Shown: piece by piece, positions 1-10,772 of the stretch
How the letters are laid out: every line of letters starts with the position of its first letter
How positions within the stretch are numbered: position 1 is the stretch's first letter
DNA from: Candidatus Marinacidobacterales bacterium
Lineage (GTDB): Bacteria; Acidobacteriota; Vicinamibacteria; Marinacidobacterales; SMYC01
Direction of reading: 5' to 3'
NCBI GenBank assembly: GCA_965224085.1
Contig: CBDCYI010000005.1
Location: 2,176,001-2,240,000, forward strand
DNA: 64,000 nt
The notes under the pieces: model-generated
The model's database searches: none
Seen by the model: only the letters and a program-made list of their open reading frames with translations
What the model was told of the DNA's origin: nothing
Translations under genes and position numbers: made by a program

Positions 1-268
1 TCGCCATGCTCCCCGCGGTCCAACCGTTGCCCCTATTGCGGACACACGTCAATCGCCACTCCGGACCGTTCGACACCGGTCATGACCGGAGAACCTTCGC
101 AGGCACACCGTGCTCTGCCGTCGGCAAGGGAGAGCGGCGACTGAGCCGATCCCGCGCCGCCAATCTCTTGACGCAGGAAAACGTTCCTGGCCCAGCGCGG
201 AACTAGGGCGTCGCCCGAGGCGTACATGTAGCGTCGAGACGAGAAAATCCTTCGCCGCTTCGAGAAGC

Positions 269-1570
269 TTATTCCGTGATCTTGCGGACCGTGTTTATGA
301 AGTCGCGGTGGCCTTTTCTGGGGTCGTAGACGATGACCGGCCTCAGACGGCCAGCGATGGTGTTGGGGCTCGCGCGCGCATAACTCATCAACCTTCTCGC
401 CAACGTCGTGCGCGCTTCGGACGTTGCCTCGTCGCGGGGGATGCCGGTGAGCAAATCGTTCAGCGTCAGCCGCCATGGCTCTTCACGAAGAAGGGCGTCG
501 ACAACGATGGCTTTGAGCACGTTGTGAGAAAAATTGAAGTAGAGCGCCACGGGGGAATAAGTGTCTGCAGAAGGACGCTGTTCTTCGAACGCTTTGACCA
601 AGTCGTCGCGATACTCGGAAAAACGCTCGTGGAAGCTCGAGAGCATGTCCTGGTACGGCTCCAAAGACGATGGCGGGGTGCCCACGAAGGCGCGTGGATC
701 GGTCGAAAGGCCGTTCAAGAGCCCTTCGACGATCGTGTCGCGCGCATCGCCTTCGCTGCCAGCCTCCCTGAGGATCTTATAGGCTTCCATGAGCGCCGCG
801 AGCGCTGACAAGACCCAGGGATAGTCGGGGACATTGTCGATGCGCATCCTGATGACGTCGCGTTCGTAATTCGTCTCGAATCCGAAACGAAGATGGCTAC
901 CCAGAATCGCCGCGTGCGCGAGAGCGATACGTGTGCGATGCTCGAGATTCAACTTGCTCACTTTCGCGAGCAAACGATCGTAGGCGCCGATGTCGGATTC
1001 GAAATGGGCTGTGGCAATCAGGATGAGCGTCTCGGCATTCGAGACGAAATAGTGTCCGCTACCGTCGGGCCCGTGGAGCTCACCGAGGAGCCGCGTCAGC
1101 CGATCGAAGTTTTCGTCCGCGCTTCCCTCATCCCACGCGCGAAGCGAGAGAAGAGCGATCGCGTAAAAGAAGTAATAGTCGAGAAGAATGGCGATAACGG
1201 TCTCCTTCGACTTTTGGGGCTCGGGCATGTCCATAAGGAATAGAGCTACGTCGACAGGGATGGTCTCCTCGTTGAATTTCTCCGCTTTGCCATCCCAGTC
1301 GATCAGCACGTGGAAGCCGTCTTCGCGGGTTTTCTTGTCGAGGGCCCAGATGGTCCGCTCGAGAGAAACTTGGCCCGAGCTCGTCAGGAAGAGGTTCGCG
1401 CGCATGCTATTCGCGAGCTCCGTCAAAGCCGCTTGGAACCGGGGTGGCTTCGAGTAGGCCGCGACCATGTCCCGTCGGGCCGCCCCCTTCAGAATCGCTT
1501 CGACCTGATCGCAAGCACTCGTGAACGTGACAGGTTCTTTGGGGCGAGAGCGCTTGCGCTTTTTGACCAT
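269..1570 (-). CDS. hypothetical protein (433 aa, soluble, probably helical)
   Basis: Long ORF with protein-like composition and host codon usage; no family recognised. Confidence 0.7.
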   Translation of the reverse strand: MVKKRKRSRPKEPVTFTSACDQVEAILKGAARRDMVAAYSKPPRFQAALTELANSMRANLFLTSSGQVSLERTIWALDKKTREDGFHVLIDWDGKAEKFNEETIPVDVALFLMDMPEPQKSKETVIAILLDYYFFYAIALLSLRAWDEGSADENFDRLTRLLGELHGPDGSGHYFVSNAETLILIATAHFESDIGAYDRLLAKVSKLNLEHRTRIALAHAAILGSHLRFGFETNYERDVIRMRIDNVPDYPWVLSALAALMEAYKILREAGSEGDARDTIVEGLLNGLSTDPRAFVGTPPSSLEPYQDMLSSFHERFSEYRDDLVKAFEEQRPSADTYSPVALYFNFSHNVLKAIVVDALLREEPWRLTLNDLLTGIPRDEATSEARTTLARRLMSYARASPNTIAGRLRPVIVYDPRKGHRDFINTVRKITE

Positions 1571-1688
1571 AGAAGGACGATGCTCGATTGGGTGGGAATT
1601 CTAGCATCCGATGGGGCGCTCCTCGCTCGTTGTTCCTTTCTGCCGGCGGCGATAGACTGAGCCACTTCGTTTCGCAGGAAGGTAGGGC

Positions 1689-3444
1689 ATGAGGGGTTTC
1701 GTCTTTCTAGGGTTCTTTTTAGCTGTCGCTGCGGCACCTTTCTCGCTTCGTGCGGCCGATGAAGCAAGCCTACTGGGCGAGGTCGATGCGCAAGCTCTGG
1801 AGCGCCACGCGCGGGCCATCGTCATGCACCGGCGCGATGGCGGAAGCCCTGGCGAGAACGCGGCCGTGGATTATGTGGTCGAGACGTTGAGGGCCGAGGG
1901 TATCGACGTCGAAGTGCACTTGTTTCCCGGCTATGTCAGTAATCCCGGACGATGCGCTCTGCGGGTGGAAGGTGCGGAGCCGCGCGAGCCGACTTGCCGC
2001 ACCCAAGCACTCGCCGCGCCAACGGCCCCGGGCGGCGCCCACGGAGAGCTCGTCTATATCGCTTCCGGCACCCCGAGCGATTACGAGAACGTGGACGTCG
2101 AAGGCAAGGTCGTTCTCGTGAACGCCCTGCCGCTTCCTTGGGGTGTCAAGGATGCCGAAGATCGAGGAGCCGTGGGGGCCGTCTTCATGTCCTATTCCGA
2201 GCTCATCCAAGAGCTCACCGTCAGTCCCATCTGGGGAACGCCGACCCACGAAAACTACGAAGAGCTTCCTTCGATCCCGAGCGTCAACATCAACAAGCCG
2301 GACGGGGACGCGCTTCGCGAAGCTCTCGCGTCGGCCCCCGTGACGGTCGCGATGGAAACCGAGGTCGACACGGGTTGGAAAATGCTAAAGCTCGCGGTGG
2401 CGACCGTAGAAAGCGAAAAGGACGCCGACGGGTTCGTGCTGGTCGGCGGCCACATCGACGGCTGGCATTACGGAGCCGTCGACGAAGGCGCCTCGAACGC
2501 CGCGATGGTCGAGATGGCGCGTATCTTTCACCGTCATCGAGGCGAGCTCGAGCGAAGCTTGAAAGTCGCCTGGTGGCCGGCGCACTCGAATGGCCGCTAT
2601 GCCGGCTCGGCCTGGTTTGTCGACTATGCGTGGCTCGAGCTTCGCGACCATGCGCTGGCCTATATGAACATCGACGGGGTCGGTCAGATGGGCGCGAGTG
2701 TCTACCGCTCGAGCAATACGGCTTCGATGGACGAGCTCGCGAGCGCGGTGTTCCGCGACTGTCGCTTCGGTGGCCGGCCGGGCTAGCCGCCCCGGACGCA
2801 ACTCGGATCAAGGCTTCTATGGCATCGGGATGCCACTTCTCCAATTCAGTCACGGGCGTGTCGACCCGGGCGGCCGCTATTGGTTCTGGCATACGACGGA
2901 AGACACGTTCGATAAGATTGACTTCGGGATTCTGACCGGTGATACGAAGCTTTACGTCGCCGCTCTTTCTAGGCTGTTAACGAACGCGATCCCACCGATA
3001 CGACTGGCGGCCGCGATCCAAGAGCTGACGGAACGTCTCGAGGAGCGGAAAGCCTGGGCGGGCGATCAATTCGATCTGTCGAGCGCCTTAGGCAAAGCGG
3101 CCGAGCTTCATCGTGCGGCGCTCGAGCTCGATCGGCGCCTCGCGACCTATTCCGGAGCGTCTACCGCGGACGTCGTGCGGCGCATGGTGCGCGTGATCCG
3201 CCCCGTCTTGCGCGTGACCTATGAACGAAATGGGCCCTATCACCAAGACCCGGCGCTCCAAGTGGCCACGATCCCTGGACTCGCGCCCCTCGAGACGCTT
3301 TCGAACCATCCGCGCGGGAGCGACATCTACCGTTTCACCCAGGTGCATCTCGTCCGAGAGCGGAATCGGCTCGAGGATAGTCTCGACCAAGCCATCCGTG
3401 AGGCGCGGGCGCTTGCGCGCGTCCTCGGCGAAAATGTGCGCTGA
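1689..3444 (+). pseudogene. M28-family peptidase with PA domain, frameshifted near 2755
   Basis: Signal peptide, PA-like segment (GELVYI...DVEGKVVLV), GGHIDGW and YMNIDG motifs in 1689..2786; continues in another frame (RNSDQGF...WHTTEDTFDKID) to 3444. Confidence 0.8.
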
Positions 3445-4348
3445 CCAAGCCTCGGGCGTGCTAGCTCGGCTTCTGGGAGCGCGCGGAGCGAAGCGTTTTC
3501 TCGAGAACCACTGGCCTCACGACATCTTCCTCTGCCACGGCGCTAAAAAACGGCTCCGGGGCCTGACAGACATTCCCGAGCTCGAGAGCGTGGAGAGCCT
3601 TCTTCGATGTCCCGCTGACCGCTTGATGGTGCAAAACGATCACCGCACGCTCGTCTGCGAGAATCCCGACGAAGCGCGCGAGCTCTACGACTGGGGCTAC
3701 CAACTCTATTGGGACAACATCCAACCTGAAAGCGAGAGTTTCGATGCGTGGATACGCGGGCTCGAGGACGAGCTCGGGCTTCCGCGGGGCTTGATCCGAT
3801 GCAACGCCTTTGCGTGTACCCGTGAGTGCTCGACCGTGCCGGGATTCCATTTCGACTACGGCGAAGGGTTCAGCATCCAAGTACAGGGCAAGAAGCAGTG
3901 GCGCTATCTCGACAATCGTCACGTGCGCTACCCGGATTTCACCTATATGCTCGGCGAATGGGTCGAGCCCGATAAGAAGCATTTCTTCGAGCGCGGCGCG
4001 CCGGAACGGCTCCCGGCGGGCAAAAGTGTCGTCATGAAACCCGGCTCGGTGCTCTTTCTACCCCGCGGGGCATGGCACACGACCGTGCCGATCGGCGCGT
4101 CGCTGCACATAGACATTGATGTGGAGACGCCGACTTGGGCGACGGTCATGCTTCAAACGCTCGAGCGGGAGCTCTTGCGCGAGGAACATTGGAGGGAGCC
4201 CATCGATACGCATTCGCGAAGGACGACCGAGGACGCGGAGGAGCGATTGCGTGAGCTTCTCCAAGAGCTCTCCGAGCGCGTTGGCCGTTTTGACCCTGGG
4301 CGGACGTTGAAGCGCGCCGGACTCGAGAGTGCACGCTTTGGGGGCTAA
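3434..4348 (+). CDS. JmjC/cupin 2OG-Fe(II) oxygenase (YcfD/ROXA-like)
   Basis: FHFD...QVQGKKQW...LFLPRGAWH, the HxD...H facial triad; ATG at 3434 overlaps the peptidase stop. Confidence 0.8.
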   Translation: MCADQASGVLARLLGARGAKRFLENHWPHDIFLCHGAKKRLRGLTDIPELESVESLLRCPADRLMVQNDHRTLVCENPDEARELYDWGYQLYWDNIQPESESFDAWIRGLEDELGLPRGLIRCNAFACTRECSTVPGFHFDYGEGFSIQVQGKKQWRYLDNRHVRYPDFTYMLGEWVEPDKKHFFERGAPERLPAGKSVVMKPGSVLFLPRGAWHTTVPIGASLHIDIDVETPTWATVMLQTLERELLREEHWREPIDTHSRRTTEDAEERLRELLQELSERVGRFDPGRTLKRAGLESARFGG

Positions 4349-4354
4349 CAGAGC

Positions 4355-4957
4355 ATGAGCACGAACGACAGCCAGTCCCTTGCGCAACAGACGACGCTTC
4401 ACCTCCTGGACGAAGTGCGCGCGGGGAACGAAGCCGCCGTTTCGCTTCTCTACAAACGGCACTTAGCGCGACTGCAGAGGTGGGCTCGAGGACGGCTTCC
4501 GTGCGGGGCGCGAGAGATGATGGACACGGACGACTTGGTCTAGCAGGTGCTCATGAAGACGTTGCGTCACGTGGCTTCGTTCGAGCCCACCCACACCGGG
4601 GGCTTCTAGTCCTATTTGCGCGCGGGGGTGACGAATCTCATCCGCGACGAGCTGCGCCGGCGTCAACGGCAGCCGCCTGGGCATCAAACGGCAAGCAGCG
4701 TCGAAGCCTTCGGCCCGTCGCCTCTCGAGGAGCTCATCGGTCGGGAAAAGCTCAATCGCTACGAGCGCGGTCTCTCACAGCTTGCTGAGAGCGACCGCGA
4801 AATGGTGGTCGCCCGTCTCGAGCTCGGCTTGAGCTACGACGAGATCGCGAAAGAACTCGGAAAACCGAGCGCGGACGCGGCGCGGATGGCGGTGACTCGC
4901 GCGGTCACGCGACTCGCAGAGGAGGTGCGTGGCGCGAAGGGCTCGCGGCGCTCGTAA
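4355..4957 (+). pseudogene. ECF sigma factor with two in-frame TAG codons (4541, 4607)
   Basis: Region 2 (RWARGRLP...TDDLV*Q) and region 4 (LGLSYDEIAKELGKPSADAARMAVTRA) lie in one continuous frame. Confidence 0.8.
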
Positions 4958-4983
4958 TCGTCAACGACTCTCGAGAAGCAAGC

Positions 4984-7290
4984 TCAGCGCGGTGCGGCCA
5001 CGGCGTTGTCGACGTCCAGCCGCCAATTCGCAACGACCTGGATGTTTCGGCGCCGCGGCCCGCGGTCCATCATCAGAAATCGCCGCCCATCGGGCGAGAC
5101 ATCGAAGCTCGTGTCGGACTCGAGCTCGAATGCGTCGGCTACGAATAACGCCTCTGGTCGGCTTGCCGTGAAGCGCGCACCGAGCGTCACCTCCGCAACC
5201 ATGACAGTGTCTTCCTCGAGAAAGAAGAGCTCATGGCCATCCGTGCTCCACACGGGGTGGGATCCGCCTTCGAGAGAAACGCGCGTGCGTCCTCCTGAAT
5301 CAGGGTAAGGCTGCACGTAGATCTCGGTGCGGTAAGACTCCTCGGAAGCGTACGCGATCCAAGCGCCGTCGGGCGACAGCCGCGCTTGCCACTCCCAGTT
5401 GCGGGTCACCATGATCGGCTGCACGCCGTCGTTCGCACTCACGTCGAGGGTGCCAATGTCCCCGAGAGTCTCTGGGCGCAGGCGGCTCACGATGAGTGCG
5501 TTATGGTGCGGGGACCATGCGCTCGGGCATATCGGCTCCGGGCTGCGTGCGAGCACGATGGGCGGACGGCTACCGTCCACGGGCGCGGAACGAAGCAGAA
5601 TCTCTCCATCGCCCGCAGTGCAAAATGCCACTTCCTCGCCGCCCGATATCCAAATCGGGAAGTGATTGTCTTCTCCATCTGACGTGAGCCGTGTTCTGCC
5701 GCCGCGCGTGAGGTCGATGACCCAAATGCCCGACGCGTCCACTTCGATCATCTCAGCCGCGACCATCGTGCCGTCTGGAGACAAACGCAAGTTCGCATAG
5801 CGACCGGCGTCGGCGGCAGGCGTCGCGTGCGATCCGTCGCGGTCGACCCACATTAACGATCGCTCGCGCGTGGCGGGGATGTAGGCGAGAGTACCGTTGT
5901 CGGAAAGCGTGTACTGTGAGCCATAGGGCCGCATCACGCTCAAACTTTGCGTCACGCCCTCGAGCACGCGAGCCGGTGGCCCTTCGAGCGTCAGCGTCTC
6001 GGCGTCAAAAGGCGCGGCGAACAAGGACCCCGCTCGGGCGAAGACGAGATGTCCAGGCGACAGGTACATGGGGCTCGTTCCCAACGATTCGAACCGTTTG
6101 ATCGCACCGGTCTCGAGCGACAGCGCGCCGATAGTGTCGATTCGGAAATCCGCGGTCACGATAGAGAATAAAACGGATTTTCCGCCCGGGAGCATGGCCG
6201 GAAACGAGTGCCGAAATTCCCCGTTATCGCGGTCCGGCGTCGTCACGGGCTCAGGGAGCCCGCCTTGGGCGTTGACGGCGAGAAGGCCGTTAGTCGTGTA
6301 GTCGGTGAAGACGATCGTATCGTCGGCGCCCCAGCTCGCACTCGATCCTTTGCCGGCGACCGCATCGCAAATCGTGATGGCGTTGCCGCCGGCGACCGGT
6401 ACTCTCTTGAGCTTGTTGTCGTTTGCAAAAAACGCGATCCATTTGCCGTCCGGTGAGAAGAACGGGTTGTAAGGGAGCTCGCTCCCTCGGATGAGCTGAG
6501 CTTCGAATGAAGAGAGCGGTCGGTAGTACAACTGCTGCTCGTCCTCGTAGGCGGTGCCGTCACCACGGGGCGATAGCGCGAGCGACGGACCCCAGTCGAC
6601 GTCGAGCTCTTGGCCCGCCGCAAGCAGAATGTTGAAGCGCAGCACGTCGGGCGGTGTGACGTCCGGAGTCAGCCAGGAGGTAGCGGCAACGGCCAGAGCT
6701 GCCGCCGCAGCGCCTCCCAGAAGAAACGGTGGGAGCGCACTCTTCGCGGCGCGCCGCCCCCCCCAGCGCTCCTTCGATGCGGTGCTGATGACGCCGAGAG
6801 AATGCAAGAGCGCCCGATTCATCGCGCCAGCGCTCGGATAGCGCTCCGCGGGATCGGGGTGCAAGGCGCGCTCGACGACCACGACGAAATCATCGGGCAC
6901 GCCCGGTCGCAAGTCGCGCAAAAGCTGTCCCTCGGCCTGACGACCGCGCGGTGGCCCTCAAGCTGTTGCGAGACGCTGGGCTGAGTCGAGCGCGCGCGAC
7001 TCTGTCGTCCGAGAGGCGCAGCTTCTCGCACGCGTGAGCCATCCGAACGTCGCGACCGTTTACGGCGCGGATACGCATGACGGGCGTACCGGCATCTGGG
7101 TGGAATATTTGCGCGGGCGTACGCTCGAAGAGATGCTCGACGACGGTCCTCTGAGCGCGAAGGAGCCTCGACCGGGAACCTGTTGGTCACGAGATGGAAC
7201 AGCAACACGCCCACGCTATAGATGTCCGATTGCGCGGATTCCGGCTCGCCTCGGAACACTTCTGGCGCCACATAGAACGGCGTGCCCGAA
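4984..7290 (-). pseudogene. Ser/Thr protein kinase-TM-PD40/TolB-like propeller gene, rearranged and truncated
   Basis: GTPFYVAPE...SDIYSVG at about 7290-7160 (-); ERALHPDPAERY plus TM plus SPDG repeats at about 6945-4984 (-); the catalytic HRD/DFG segment is missing. Confidence 0.8.
6941..7166 (+). pseudogene. Inverted kinase N-lobe fragment
   Basis: Plus strand reads DRAVALKLL...REAQLLARVSHPNVATVYG...IWVEYLRGRTL...PLSAKE (one frameshift). Confidence 0.8.
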
Positions 7291-7624
7291 CGTCCCGTCG
7301 CCCCTCTACTATCGCGGCGTGCTCTACACGTTGAAAGAAGGCGGCATCCTCACCTCTTTCGACCCCGAAACCGGTGAGGTGATGAAGCGGGGACGTTTGC
7401 GCGGCGCCCTCGGCGCCTATTATGCGTCGCCGGTCGCCTCGGACGGCAAGATCTATGCCGTGAGCGAAGAAGGTAAAGTTGCCGTGATTCAAGCCGGCGC
7501 TCAGTGGGAGCTTCTCGCCGTCAACGCGATGGACGAGGGCTCGAAGTCCACGGTCGCGATCGTCGACGGCAAGCTCTACGTTCGGACGTATGACGCGCTC
7601 TACAGCTTCGCCGAGCCCAACTAA
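7285..7624 (+). pseudogene. C-terminal fragment of PQQ-like (BamB-type) beta-propeller protein
   Basis: PSPLYYRGVLY...YYASPVASDGKIY...AIVDGKLYVRT; no start, joined to the kinase fragment. Confidence 0.7.
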
Positions 7625-7678
7625 AGTCGCGAGCCGACGCTTCTAGAAATCCGCCAGGGATCGTTTGGCTCGGAAAAA

Positions 7679-7713
7679 TGACAGGTAACTGTCAATTTGA
7701 CATAATACTGTTA
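7679..7713. promoter_or_regulatory. Tandem palindromic operators upstream of marR
   Basis: TGACAG-GTAA-CTGTCA (7679-7694) and degenerate TGACAT-AATA-CTGTTA (7698-7713) abutting the ATG. Confidence 0.6.
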
Positions 7714-8141
7714 TGGAGGGGACGGTACGTCGTGTGTTGGACGCGTCTCAGGAACTGGTCGAGGCGATGGCGCAGCTCCGCGAACAGATGGCGCGCCGCG
7801 CCGGCGCCACCCGTGCCTCCTGGCGTGTACTGGCGGCGGCCACCGGACAGGGGCGCACGGTGCCTCAACTAGCGCGGCGCCTCGGTGTGAAACGTCAGAG
7901 CGTCCAACGCCTCGCCGACCAGCTCGTCGAGTCGGGCCGGGCCCGTTACGAGACCAATCCCGATCATCGTCGATCCCCGCTTCTGAAGCTCACGGAGTCC
8001 GGCGAGGCCGCGCTGAAGACGCTCCAGCGCGAGCTCACCGATTGGGAGTCCGATTTGGGCGCCGAGCACGAGTTCGAGCTCGAGGAGCTCGAGACAGCAC
8101 TCTACGTCTTGCGCGCGGTGCGGGCGCTCGTCCGAGTGTAG
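7713..8141 (+). CDS. MarR-family transcriptional regulator
   Basis: TVPQLARRLGVKRQSVQRLADQL...NPDHRRSPLLKLTESG. Confidence 0.9.
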   Translation: MEGTVRRVLDASQELVEAMAQLREQMARRAGATRASWRVLAAATGQGRTVPQLARRLGVKRQSVQRLADQLVESGRARYETNPDHRRSPLLKLTESGEAALKTLQRELTDWESDLGAEHEFELEELETALYVLRAVRALVRV

Positions 8142-9116
8142 ACGAGCACAAGCGCGGCGACCAGCAAAGTGAGGCCCGCGGAGCCGACAAATGTCACGCC
8201 CCCGACGGTCTCGTACAAAATGCCACCCGCGATGAGCCCCGCGATGCTCGCGAGGCTTCCGACACTGCTGCCGAAGCCCTGTATGGCCCCCTGAAAGCGC
8301 TCGCCTGCTGCGTTCGCAAGAAGCGCGAGAAACGATGGCCACATCAGACCGTTTCCGAGCGAGAAGAGCAAGGCGCCCACATAGAGCAACGTCCGGCTCG
8401 GACTCGTGAACAACAGGAACGACGTCGTGAGGATCGCAGCACCTCCACACACGAGCGCCGCGTCCGAGAACCTGCGACCGAGCTTTCCGAGGAGCGGCCC
8501 CTGCACGAGAACCGTGGTGAGCCCGAGAAAAGAGAAGAACAACCCGATGTCGGTGATAGACCATGAGAGCCCCTGGAGCGCATATACCGGAAACGCCGTG
8601 TAGAACAAATTGAACGCGAGGAAGATGACGAAGTAAAGGAGCAGCAAGAACGGTATTTGCGGAAGCGCGAGCACGTCTTTCCACGCGACTGTCCCTGGCC
8701 CGTCGATATTAAAACAATCCTTGTGCTCCTGCCCGAACACTTTGTGCACGGACGGTCGCGGGGGGGGCCTCCGCGAGCACGCAAGGGCGGGACTCGGGAA
8801 GATAGAAAGCGATCACCCCGGAGGCGACGAGCGAGATGAGGAGGGCGGCTACGACGGGTATGACTTCGCCGAAACGCGTCGCGCCCAAAAGCCCCGCAAG
8901 CGTGGGTCCGAGGATGAAGCCGAGGTTTCCGGCCACCGCCATCTTGCCGAAGCTCGTCTTGCGATCCGCCTCGTCCGTCACGTCCACGAGATAGGCGTTG
9001 GCGACAGAAACGTTCCCGCCCGTCCCCGCCCGTCAAGCCGTCGAGCGCTCTCGCAATGAAGAGAGTCAAAAGAGGCAGCGTCACCACGAAGGCGCCGAGG
9101 AGCGCCGAGTCCACGT
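8102..9116 (-). pseudogene. MFS transporter (TetA/DHA1-like), 5'-truncated with two frameshifts
   Basis: ARALDGLTGG-NVSVANAY motif broken by a 10-bp tandem duplication (CCCGCCCGTC x2, 9015-9034); G8 run at 8760-8767 shifts frame; 5' end replaced by an IS end. Confidence 0.8.
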
Positions 9117-9232
9117 GGCGTTGTTGCACCGCTCTTGGCTGAGCGCGAAATCTACCTATGGTGGTGGCCGAGGTAATGTTCGACCATGAAGTATCCCAAG
9201 CGCAGCCAGTACAAGCACGCGAAGCAGAAGAA
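9117..9232 (+). mobile_element. Left-end remnant of an IS5-family (IS903-like) element
   Basis: GGCGTTGTTGCAC IR-like end followed by ATG...MKYPKRSQYKHAKQKK, resembling the transposase N-terminus at 38399. Confidence 0.55.
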
Positions 9233-10587
9233 GTTATCCCGCTCCTTTCAAAGATATCAATCTGCGCTATCTCAAACGCTTGCAAGAAATTGGCGAATGT
9301 CACGCGGGATACTCAGGTCATGAAAGAGGCTATCATGTGGCGGTTGCGTCCGTGGCCATGGGCGCCAAAGTGATCGAGAAACATTTCACGCTCGACAGGA
9401 CGATGGAAGGCATCGATCATAAAGTCAGCCTCTTGCCGGAAGAGTTCGAGGCAATGGTCGATAGCGTGCGCCAAGTCGAACAAGCGATGGGGTCGGAGGT
9501 GCCGCGTCAAATCACGCAAGGTGAACAGATGAATCGCGTCACCTTGGCCAAAAGTTTGGTGAGCGTCTGTGACATTCGTCCCGGAGAGACGATCGAAGAG
9601 CGTATGGTCGATGTGAAGAGTCCCGGCCGCGGATTGCAACCGAACGCTAAATCGAAACTGATCGGCATGACCGCCAAACGTGAAATCAAAGCCGGCTAAT
9701 TTTTCTTTCCCAGCGATCTCGAACAAAAATCGATCTTGGCGCGCGATTATCAGTTGAAACGCCCTTGGGGAGTCCCGGTACGGTACCACGACTATCGCGC
9801 GATCTTGAAAAAAACGAATCCCGATTTCCTCGAGTTTCATTTGAGCTACAAAGACATGGAAGCGGACATTCGCCAATACTTTGACGAAGAGTACGACATG
9901 GATTTGATCGTGCACAGTCCCGATTTGTTTCCCGGCGACCATCTTTTGAATTTAGCGGCTGAGGACGAATCTTACCGAAAACGTTCGGTACAAGAACTCC
10001 AACGAGTCGCCGATGTCACGCGCGAGCTACAACCCTTTTTCAAAAAAGCGTCGCACCCTTTGATTGTTGTTAGCGTCGGGGGCTTCACCAAAGACGCGCA
10101 TTTGCCGGCGGAAGACCGCGATCGTTTGTACGAGATTGTGGCGCAAAGCCTCTCCGAGGTCGAATCCGAAGGCGTGGAATTCATTCCACAAACGCTGCCT
10201 CCGTTTCCATGGTACTTTGGCGGGCAATTGTATCTCAATGTGTTTGTGACTCCGGAGGATTCCGCCGCCTTTTGCGAAAAACACGGGTATCGTCTGTGTT
10301 TGGACATTTCGCATTCCAAACTGGCCTGTAACCATTACAACCTCTCGTTCAAAGAGTTTGTGGAATGCGTCGGTCCTCATTCCACGCATCTGCACATTGT
10401 CGACGCTGCCGGCGTTGACGGCGAAGGATTGCAAATCGGCGAAGGCGAAGTCGACTTTCCCGCATTGGCCGCCGATCTGGACAAAACGGCGCCCAACGCG
10501 TCTTTCATTCCCGAAATTTGGCAAGGCCACCAAAACAAAGGGGAAGGGTTTTGGATCGCTATGGATCGCCTAGAACAGTGGTTTTAG
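9232..10587 (+). pseudogene. N-acetylneuraminate synthase (NeuB)-SAF-TIM-barrel fusion, 5'-truncated, in-frame TAA at 9697
   Basis: YPAPFKDINL...GYSGHE...IEKHFTLD...DHKVSL; SAF segment KSPGRGL; xylose-isomerase-like C-domain (LDISH, HIVD); lower GC than flanks. Confidence 0.8.
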
Positions 10588-10772
10588 ACCCGCAGCTGAC
10601 GACACCGAGTCTCATCGCCGCCCAGCGTAAATCGCTTCGCCGACGATGGGCCAAAAAAAAATGAGCCGCGTGGTTGCCGAGGCCTGACCGCCGGGAACGA
10701 GGAAACGGATCGGCTGCTTGTTTTGATTCCATCAACACTGCATGCTACGCTCCCCATCCGTGAAGCTCTTGA

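Noticed and set aside
1-144. CPYCGH motif in frame 1 at the window edge
   Set aside because: Too little sequence to support a gene call
7034-7624. Novel kinase-propeller fusion ORF (196 aa)
   Set aside because: Chance open frame across three rearranged fragments; the middle part is antisense kinase sequence
9112-9130. HVALLH as the NeuB LLHC motif with an insertion after it
   Set aside because: More simply the IS terminal repeat GGCGTTGTTGCAC; the sequence upstream belongs to the MFS gene on the other strand
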